From an uncultured Pseudomonadota bacterium (GTDB taxonomy: Bacteria; Pseudomonadota; Alphaproteobacteria; Rs-D84), in contig CASDTC010000007.1 of the NCBI GenBank assembly GCA_949283535.1, positions 18,746-82,745 of the forward strand: a stretch of DNA of 64,000 bases. The letters are read 5' to 3'. Positions within the stretch are counted from its first letter, which is position 1; every line of letters begins with the position of its first letter. Below, piece by piece: positions 57,537-64,000 of this stretch. The notes beneath the pieces were generated by a model, which had not been told where the DNA came from, ran no database searches, and saw nothing but the letters and a program-made list of their open reading frames with translations. Both the position numbers and the translations under genes were made by a program.

Positions 57537-60473
57537 TTATATCAATGTGCCTTGTGCACGGGTGCGTGTTAGTTTGCTGTGCGACAATATGTCCTGAATG
57601 TTGGCATTTTGGTCACGCAAGGCATAAAAATTACTGCCAGTCAATAACACATACGACCATTCACAGCCCATGCGTTCTGATTCAGGCAATTCGTTTATCT
57701 TGGCCACCCAGTCAACCGCACTGGTTTCTTTACTACACACATCGGCCGTTTTTGCCCTGTCATCACCTTTGGTTTCTACAACATACATTTTATTGCCGAT
57801 TTTTACCATAAAGTCCGGATGATAGGTTCCCAACATGCCGTCCTGGCGTAAATAACGCAGGTGTGCAAACGTATGCTTGTGCTCATCAATTTTTATCAGA
57901 CGTTCAACGGCACTGTCCGCATCGCAATATTCCAGAAAATCTTTTTCCAGTTTTGTTGTTGACGGATAGAATGTTTTTTCATAAATCGACTTTTTTATGT
58001 CCAATGCAAAATTTTCACGCCCAAACATTGTATCAACTTGCGAAAACCAATGTTTTTCCACAACTGCCTCGGCCACATCGATTCTGGTGTGCATTTCATA
58101 AACCGCCTTGGACAGTTCTGTCAGGGTATGTTGCAATATTTGCCCGTTTGATAATATCAGCACACGCCAATTCCCGTCCACTAATGGGTCAAATTCCTGG
58201 CCGAACAGACGAGTCCGGATATACTTATCGATGGTTCGCATTAACAACGCCTGGTCAATCTGCATCAATGGCAGTTCAGCTTTATGCCCCTTGCTGCTCA
58301 TCTTGGCCATATTCACAATAATTGTGTTCAGCATTTTTTGCAGATATTCATTGTATGACTTTGCGTTAAATATATCGCCACGCACCCTGTATTCACCAAA
58401 GCGGGTTTTGACCTGCATTTCAACCCCAACGAAACGTTCATCATTGTCATTTGGCACCAATTTTTTCAAATCGTCCAGTCTTGCCCCGTCCCATTGGTTC
58501 ATGCTTTCAACAGATATAACATCGCCCGACATAGTTTCTTCTTTGTCTTTTACAATGCGTGGCCAAAACAAATTCAATTCTGCAAAGTTCGGTTTCAAAC
58601 CAACGGAAATCATATCACCCAACGCCTTGCCTTTGCCACCAGGACGGGTTGCAGGTTCTTCAACCAACAAACTTTTGTCCAGGTCATCATAGAACTTTTC
58701 AAACGCCGGATGTTCAATAACAAACAAAGTATCCAGATAATTAACCGGCTGTTGTTTCAGGTCGTATATGTTATGTCTGTTTTCTGCCTTGCTGTCTTGG
58801 AATTCGGGTTCACGCCACATTAAACGCAATCCACGTCCCAAAACCTGTTCCAGCAATATTGGTGCCTCGGATGAACGCAGGGGCACAATAACGCAAATAC
58901 TGTTCACGTCAAACCCCTCACGCAACATCATAACACTGACAACAACCTTGGGTTTGTCAGACTTGTCCATGTTAAATAACTGCTGTTTTGTTTGTTCCCA
59001 TTCTTCTGGTGGGATTTCACCTTTACGGTTAGAGTCAATACGCATAATATCGTCTTCGGCCAATCCCTCGGACCGCAGAAAGTCCACTACAAACGGCGAC
59101 ACATCTGTATCTTCGCAGACAACCAACATTTTAGGCGATTTTTTGGCGTTAAGTTTTTCAAAATCTTCACGCAATATATTCAAACGTGACAGCCCCGCAC
59201 GCAACATTAAACGTTGGCCCTCGGACAGACCGATTACTTGTTTGCCCTCACGCACGGCCTTGAATTCAATTTCTGCATTAGACAAGGCCCCCAATTCCTT
59301 ACGCTTGTCCAGAATAAAGGTCTTAACAAACCCGGCTTTCATCGCAGTTGCCAATTCAAAGTTGGTCACAATGTGCGGGAAAAAGTGTTTGGTTCTGTTC
59401 TTGCCACCACCCGTCACAATATACGGGGTCGCAGAAAAGTCGATTTGAATAAAACTGTTGCCCTTGGGTTCAGCAATAGTATTCAATGCACGTTGCCATT
59501 CAACCTCAGCCACGATGCCGTTCGATTTACTTTCGTGGATATGATGTGCTTCATCATTAAATACACACAAGTCTGGCAAACCTGCCAGATATTCAATTAC
59601 CCCACCACGCAGGTATTTTGCATCCAGCGCATCCAATGCATTACCACTGGCAACACCCGGTGTCACAGGCAGGATTTCAGATGCCATATTTTGTGTGTCC
59701 CCAAAGTCAAAACCCATAATTTGGGTTTCTGATTCACCATCCGGCGTATCTTCATTCAATTTATGCCAATTCGTTATCGCAATTATGCCACCGCCAGTTG
59801 TTTTGTTGCCGATTTCCTTTTTATCAGCCACCGCATTCTGAATAAATGAAAATACATCCTGGCGGTATTTTTCAGGCACAAACAATTCCTGGTTGCTTTT
59901 CAGGTCAGATGTTTCAAAATCACGCCGTCCAAGGGCAATTTCTTTACCACGAAACGCATCTAACAGACGTTCATATACAATCAGTCCCGGCGCAATTAAC
60001 AAAAAGTTTTTGGTATATTTTACACCATTACTAGTTTGATATTTAGCATTCAAATACTGCCATATTAACAATGCGTTCAGCACCCACGTTTTACCCGTGC
60101 CAGTTGCCATTTTAACACAATATTTTGGATAGCGATATTTGTCAGCGGTTATAACATCTGTAAAATTCTGGTCAACATAAGACGTGTCCGTCACATTGGA
60201 GAGATGTGCGTACATATCAACCACAGAATTGGACTTTAACACTTCATGCACATATATTGTGTTCAAAATCGCCTGACGTTGGCCATCATGGAAATTACGG
60301 TCACGCACATCACAAAACGATGGGTCGAACCAATAACGCAACAGGTCGGCTGTTATCGGTGATACAGCGTCCAAGAAACGCCCGTTTTCCCATTCGACAT
60401 TAACCAGTTCAGTTAACCCCTTGGCGAATTTTAATGGAATATCACGTGTTCCAGAATTTGTTGGTGATGACAT
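57537..60473 (-). CDS. res: Type III restriction enzyme, Res subunit
   Basis: Helicase motif I (MATGTGKTWV), motif II (FNDEAHHI), later SF2 motifs, and a C-terminal PD-(D/E)xK-like nuclease motif (HPDFMV...VVETKGDD); 978 aa. Confidence 0.9.
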   Translation of the reverse strand: MSSPTNSGTRDIPLKFAKGLTELVNVEWENGRFLDAVSPITADLLRYWFDPSFCDVRDRNFHDGQRQAILNTIYVHEVLKSNSVVDMYAHLSNVTDTSYVDQNFTDVITADKYRYPKYCVKMATGTGKTWVLNALLIWQYLNAKYQTSNGVKYTKNFLLIAPGLIVYERLLDAFRGKEIALGRRDFETSDLKSNQELFVPEKYRQDVFSFIQNAVADKKEIGNKTTGGGIIAITNWHKLNEDTPDGESETQIMGFDFGDTQNMASEILPVTPGVASGNALDALDAKYLRGGVIEYLAGLPDLCVFNDEAHHIHESKSNGIVAEVEWQRALNTIAEPKGNSFIQIDFSATPYIVTGGGKNRTKHFFPHIVTNFELATAMKAGFVKTFILDKRKELGALSNAEIEFKAVREGKQVIGLSEGQRLMLRAGLSRLNILREDFEKLNAKKSPKMLVVCEDTDVSPFVVDFLRSEGLAEDDIMRIDSNRKGEIPPEEWEQTKQQLFNMDKSDKPKVVVSVMMLREGFDVNSICVIVPLRSSEAPILLEQVLGRGLRLMWREPEFQDSKAENRHNIYDLKQQPVNYLDTLFVIEHPAFEKFYDDLDKSLLVEEPATRPGGKGKALGDMISVGLKPNFAELNLFWPRIVKDKEETMSGDVISVESMNQWDGARLDDLKKLVPNDNDERFVGVEMQVKTRFGEYRVRGDIFNAKSYNEYLQKMLNTIIVNMAKMSSKGHKAELPLMQIDQALLMRTIDKYIRTRLFGQEFDPLVDGNWRVLILSNGQILQHTLTELSKAVYEMHTRIDVAEAVVEKHWFSQVDTMFGRENFALDIKKSIYEKTFYPSTTKLEKDFLEYCDADSAVERLIKIDEHKHTFAHLRYLRQDGMLGTYHPDFMVKIGNKMYVVETKGDDRAKTADVCSKETSAVDWVAKINELPESERMGCEWSYVLLTGSNFYALRDQNANIQDILSHSKLTRTRAQGTLI

Positions 60474-60847
60474 TATGCTACCCCTTTATTAAAAAGTTTT
60501 ATAATTACGTCTGCCAAACTTATCCACGCTGCAACCGCTACTGGCACCGTAAAAACAATCACATAAGCGACCTTTGCTATTATAGATTTGCGAAAATACC
60601 ATTTGCCTTTTGATGTGATTTTTATGTTCGTGAATGACTTACCGTTTGAAAACGTCTTTTCATCACACGAAATGAGTCCACGCCTTAACAGCTCTTCTAA
60701 ATGCGCCCGCATTTCACACAACACCTTTTGTGCCCATTCTTTTTGAATGTTATTACGCCTAACACCGTCACGCCCGCATATTTCAATATCGTTTGTGTCT
60801 GGCATGTCTTTAATATACTGTAAGATTTCACGTTGTTTAGATTGCAA
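60473..60847 (-). CDS. small winged-helix (LexA-N-like) protein with a C-terminal TM anchor, wedged between mod and res
   Basis: TTG at 60847 lies 6 nt after a GGAGG SD that sits in the last codons of mod. The stop overlaps the res ATG (TAATG). The 124-aa product starts (M/L)QSKQREILQYIKDMPD..., continues EMRAHLEELLRRGLISCDEK, and ends in the TM helix VAYVIVFTVPVAVAAWISLADVII. The tracked ORF extends into mod in another frame. Confidence 0.6.
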   Translation of the reverse strand: MQSKQREILQYIKDMPDTNDIEICGRDGVRRNNIQKEWAQKVLCEMRAHLEELLRRGLISCDEKTFSNGKSFTNIKITSKGKWYFRKSIIAKVAYVIVFTVPVAVAAWISLADVIIKLFNKGVA

Positions 60848-60848
60848 T

Positions 60849-62834
60849 TTACACCTCCTCAACAACCATTGATTCAAACCCAAATACGTCCACCGCCTTG
60901 ACACAAATCTTGCGTTTGCCTGGGTGCGCTGGGGTGATAATTTCGGCATTGTGCACCACACGAACGGCGTCGCCGTCATTTGCGGTGTTTTCACGATAAT
61001 CCTGCCATACAGAACGGAATGTCTGCCCGTCATAGCCCGGGTCAATCGACCAATATTCAATCAAATCCAATGGGCGTTCTGCCATGACCTGTTGAACCTT
61101 TGCCTTGGCTTTATCGTCCAATGGCAAACTGTCCGGTGATAACAGCACATAGTTATCCAATTCAACGGTTATCTTAACCTTGCCGTCTTCATTGGCCGGC
61201 ACAACCAATGGCCGCTTAATGGTTAAATATTGCAGGGACGAGAATGTTATTTTCCCGCTGTTAACCAGGTCTGCATACCCCTTTTTACGCAACATATCCA
61301 ACAAATCTGGTGGAATAACCAGGACTTCGCATTCTGATTTATTCAACCCCTGGATAGTGGCACCAATATCAAATGCAAAATTCCAGCCCAAAACAACAAC
61401 CTTGTTCCAACCGCCCATATATGATTCACGCAGTTCCAGCGCACGTTTAACCGTGTTTGCATTGGTCACCTTGTTCGGACTGTCCACATATACCAGGGTG
61501 CTGCTATTGCGAATGTGTCCCAGGTTGGATGGCGCATCCGCCACATCAAACGGTAATGCGCCATACAACCCCATAACAACACGTGCCAGGTCGGACACAC
61601 GGCGGAATTGTTTGTCGGACAGGAATGCCTCACGCGAATAATCACCAATACTGTGATACAAGAATGGCTTGCAATCCGGAATATCAATCAGACGTTTACG
61701 CATAATCATACATGACGGCTTGCCCAGGTCAGATGTTATCCAACGCCGTCCCAACTTTTCGGCAACCGCTGCGGTCGTTCCAGACCCACCAAAGAAATCC
61801 GCTACAATAGAATTTTCATTGGACGACGCTTTGATTATCCGTTCCAATAACGCCTCTGGTTTTTGTGTTGCATAATCAACACGCTCTTTCCCTTTATTAA
61901 GGAAAGGAATGTCACACCACCAATCATCGCATGGTGAGCCATTAAAAACATCCAAAAATATTGTGTCATCACTAGCGTTGCCTCGCATCGCCAATCTTTT
62001 ATATGCACCAGGACAGTTTTCTTTCATGTATCCATAAGTTATAACACCGTTATCATCAAAATGTCGTCCCCAAACATCTAGTGTGCTTTTTGCCAAAGGA
62101 GTGCCCTGTGGATTAAATATATGTTTGTTTGCTTTACTGTAAAATAGCAATATGTCATGTTTCCTTTTATAATGGTCAGTCCCGACCGCAGGGCTTTTGT
62201 ATCCCCACACAATTTCATTTTGGAAATTGTTTTTCCCAAATATATCATCCATTATAACTTTCAGATAATGCCCTGCATGCCAGTCGCAATGAACATAAAT
62301 TGACCCCTGGTCGGATAACAATTCTTTCATCAACGCCAAACGTGGATACAACATTTTCAGATACGATATTGTGCCGTCTGACCATGTATCCGAATAAGCA
62401 AACTGTTCCAACACGGTTGGTTTTTGTTCAATATCGCCATTCGGCAGCTTTATTTTTGTTCTATAATCTGCCTTACTATCGAATGGAGGGTCAATGTATA
62501 TCAGGTCTATTTTACCACGCATACTGGGCAGCCCAGTTGCCGGGTCACCGGTCAATAATGCCTGCATCGCAAACAGGTTGTCACCGTTTATCAATCGGTT
62601 AAACCAACCGTCTGTTTCGCAATATTCTGCACTGGTGTTATCGGGTGGGCAACATGCCCGAATTGTGCCACGGAACAAACCGCTTTCATCACGGGCGGGC
62701 AGAACATATTCATTTGTTTGCAACATCATTTTATTGTCAGATTGTGCACGTGCCAAAATCTGTTCAACCTCACGTCGCCCCTGTTTTACTACGTCTGGCA
62801 ATGCCTCTATCAGCGATTTCATGTTCCACCCCAT
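60849..62834 (-). CDS. mod: Type III DNA N6-adenine (or N4-cytosine) methyltransferase, Mod subunit
   Basis: Beta-class motif order: catalytic IYIDPPFDS first, SAM-binding [14 protein letters not shown] later, with a variable region between them; 661 aa. Confidence 0.9.
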   Translation of the reverse strand: MGWNMKSLIEALPDVVKQGRREVEQILARAQSDNKMMLQTNEYVLPARDESGLFRGTIRACCPPDNTSAEYCETDGWFNRLINGDNLFAMQALLTGDPATGLPSMRGKIDLIYIDPPFDSKADYRTKIKLPNGDIEQKPTVLEQFAYSDTWSDGTISYLKMLYPRLALMKELLSDQGSIYVHCDWHAGHYLKVIMDDIFGKNNFQNEIVWGYKSPAVGTDHYKRKHDILLFYSKANKHIFNPQGTPLAKSTLDVWGRHFDDNGVITYGYMKENCPGAYKRLAMRGNASDDTIFLDVFNGSPCDDWWCDIPFLNKGKERVDYATQKPEALLERIIKASSNENSIVADFFGGSGTTAAVAEKLGRRWITSDLGKPSCMIMRKRLIDIPDCKPFLYHSIGDYSREAFLSDKQFRRVSDLARVVMGLYGALPFDVADAPSNLGHIRNSSTLVYVDSPNKVTNANTVKRALELRESYMGGWNKVVVLGWNFAFDIGATIQGLNKSECEVLVIPPDLLDMLRKKGYADLVNSGKITFSSLQYLTIKRPLVVPANEDGKVKITVELDNYVLLSPDSLPLDDKAKAKVQQVMAERPLDLIEYWSIDPGYDGQTFRSVWQDYRENTANDGDAVRVVHNAEIITPAHPGKRKICVKAVDVFGFESMVVEEV

Positions 62835-62840
62835 TGTGTA

Positions 62841-62869
62841 AAAATTAAACCGCCAATGGAATGGCGGTC
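62841..62869 (-). promoter_or_regulatory. terminator-like hairpin in the mod leader
   Basis: Minus strand GACCGCC-ATTCCATT-GGCGGTTTAATTTTT, ending ~7 nt before the GGGGTGG SD and mod ATG. A TTGTCC-17-TGATAA promoter candidate lies ~40 nt further upstream. Confidence 0.4.
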
Positions 62870-63111
62870 AGGGTGTTTGCAGTCGCTTTATCATTGACCC
62901 CGCGCTTTTAGGACAAGCCCTATTGTATGGCAAACGGCACCCCAACCATAGTTGGGGATGATAACGATGCAAAAAGCATCGAAAATACATCAGAAACGAT
63001 GCTTTCGCATCGGATAAAGCGGGCTTGCAACGGCCCTGAACCCATTTCCACTGGATTCAAGTTTCAGTTTAACATACTTTTTCGCAAAAAACAATTTCAA
63101 TGTAAAATCCC

Positions 63112-63774
63112 TTGAAACCGCCACTTTTTGCGATACCATTACGCATTATGAAACACAAAACAGAAATCTTTGAAAACTGCACCCTGCAACAGGCATGTGA
63201 ATGGATTGCGTTTAAAATTCCGCCGATGGAACAAATCCGTGCAAATGCACAGGGGTTTTCATCATTAGAATTGCATTTTGCAACCCAGGCCGACAAAGAT
63301 TATTCTAAACAAATATACGATGCCGCCGCCAAATTAAAACTGGCCCTTTATGATGGCGATATAAATGCCTTTGGCGTGGTTTTATCCCCCAACGAACAGC
63401 CCCAACACCAACAAATAACCAATATTCCAAATACGGTTAAACTGGACATTGGTAAAAATACAATCCAAATAAACGACACAACATACACCGACATATACAT
63501 ACCATTCCGGAACTTAAAACATGCGTTTTGTCCCGCATATGCCGAAACCGCATTTAATGCCATTGAAAAACGATATTCCACACCATACATGGAAATAATG
63601 GTCGAAGTAATCAACGAATTTAAAATTACCGATGCCAACCAGCCATTAAAAAAGATTTTAACCGATGTTATTATACAAAAAATGACAGAACATGGCCTTA
63701 GACCATCACAATCTTTGGCGGAATATATGGCAACAATTATCCGTTTACCAGAATCCCAAAAAGGCCACGCATAG
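63112..63774 (+). CDS. hypothetical protein divergent from the R-M operon
   Basis: 220-aa ORF (TTG at 63112; first ATG at 63148 gives MKHKTEIFENCTLQQACEWIAF...). No motif recognised. Confidence 0.45.
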   Translation: MKPPLFAIPLRIMKHKTEIFENCTLQQACEWIAFKIPPMEQIRANAQGFSSLELHFATQADKDYSKQIYDAAAKLKLALYDGDINAFGVVLSPNEQPQHQQITNIPNTVKLDIGKNTIQINDTTYTDIYIPFRNLKHAFCPAYAETAFNAIEKRYSTPYMEIMVEVINEFKITDANQPLKKILTDVIIQKMTEHGLRPSQSLAEYMATIIRLPESQKGHA

Positions 63775-64000
63775 CACGCCCTACGATTCGCAAAACACCG
63801 TTTTTATACCGTTTCCAGAAAAAGTTTTCTAATAAAAAAGCCCAGATTTTCGCATTTGTTTTGGGTCCGACCCAAAGGGTCTGACCCTTTGACCCTTTGC
63901 TTTACACATGTCGTGCCATTTACATTGTTGGTATGACAAATACGCAAGCGTTATCTTTGCAGTTAAAAACACTATATCCTGGACAATCCCTGTCTGACCA

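Noticed and set aside
1-64000. Search for CRISPR arrays, rRNA genes, intact transposases or IS elements, integrases, and toxin-antitoxin pairs.
   Set aside because: I found no regularly spaced short repeats, no rRNA-like sequence, and no DDE or tyrosine-recombinase motifs in any tracked ORF. The only mobile-element traces are the tRNA-fragment repeats and the frameshifted recombinase-like tail.

Overview
AT-rich (by eye about 40% G+C) chromosomal segment, almost certainly from an alphaproteobacterium. The evidence is a GcrA cell-cycle regulator, the ruvB-ybgC-tolQ arrangement, RodZ, an M23 peptidase next to bactofilin, and TspO. The backbone is densely packed housekeeping genes: ruvB, argS, rplM-rpsI, tig, rpsA, adk, corA, acpS, lpxA-lpxB, leuS, tlyA, mscL, aroK, prfA, hisS, tkt, rnhA, rlmE, uvrA, rodZ, dusB, ftsB. 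There are five intact tRNAs: Pro-GGG, Leu-UAA, Val-CAC, Ala-CGC, Arg-UCU. Many Rho-independent terminators are present. Between the housekeeping genes sit lineage-specific genes for secreted or bitopic, cysteine-rich or low-complexity proteins that I cannot assign to any family. The right end (about 55.2-64 kb) looks accessory: a frameshifted recombinase-like remnant, an MFS transporter, and a Type III restriction-modification operon that begins just beyond a tRNA 3'-end fragment. The items most worth a second look are:
1. The Type III operon is mod-X-res, with an extra translationally coupled gene X encoding a winged-helix plus transmembrane-anchor protein.
2. Three loci carry a 'tRNA 3' fragment plus terminator' module, including two tandem 163-bp units beside tRNA-Arg and a 190-bp unit beside tRNA-Pro.
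3. A roughly 1-kb region between tlyA and mscL has no convincing ORFs, and its distal half is strongly A+C-rich and G-depleted.
4. A stand-alone SRP54 (Ffh) M-domain protein has no NG GTPase domain.
5. An internally deleted tRNA-Leu(CAG) lies inside a promoter-driven tRNA operon.
6. An orphan prepilin peptidase is followed by a four-gene operon of secreted proteins.
All calls come from reading the sequence and the ORF track, with no database search. RNA and regulatory coordinates may be off by 1-2 nt.
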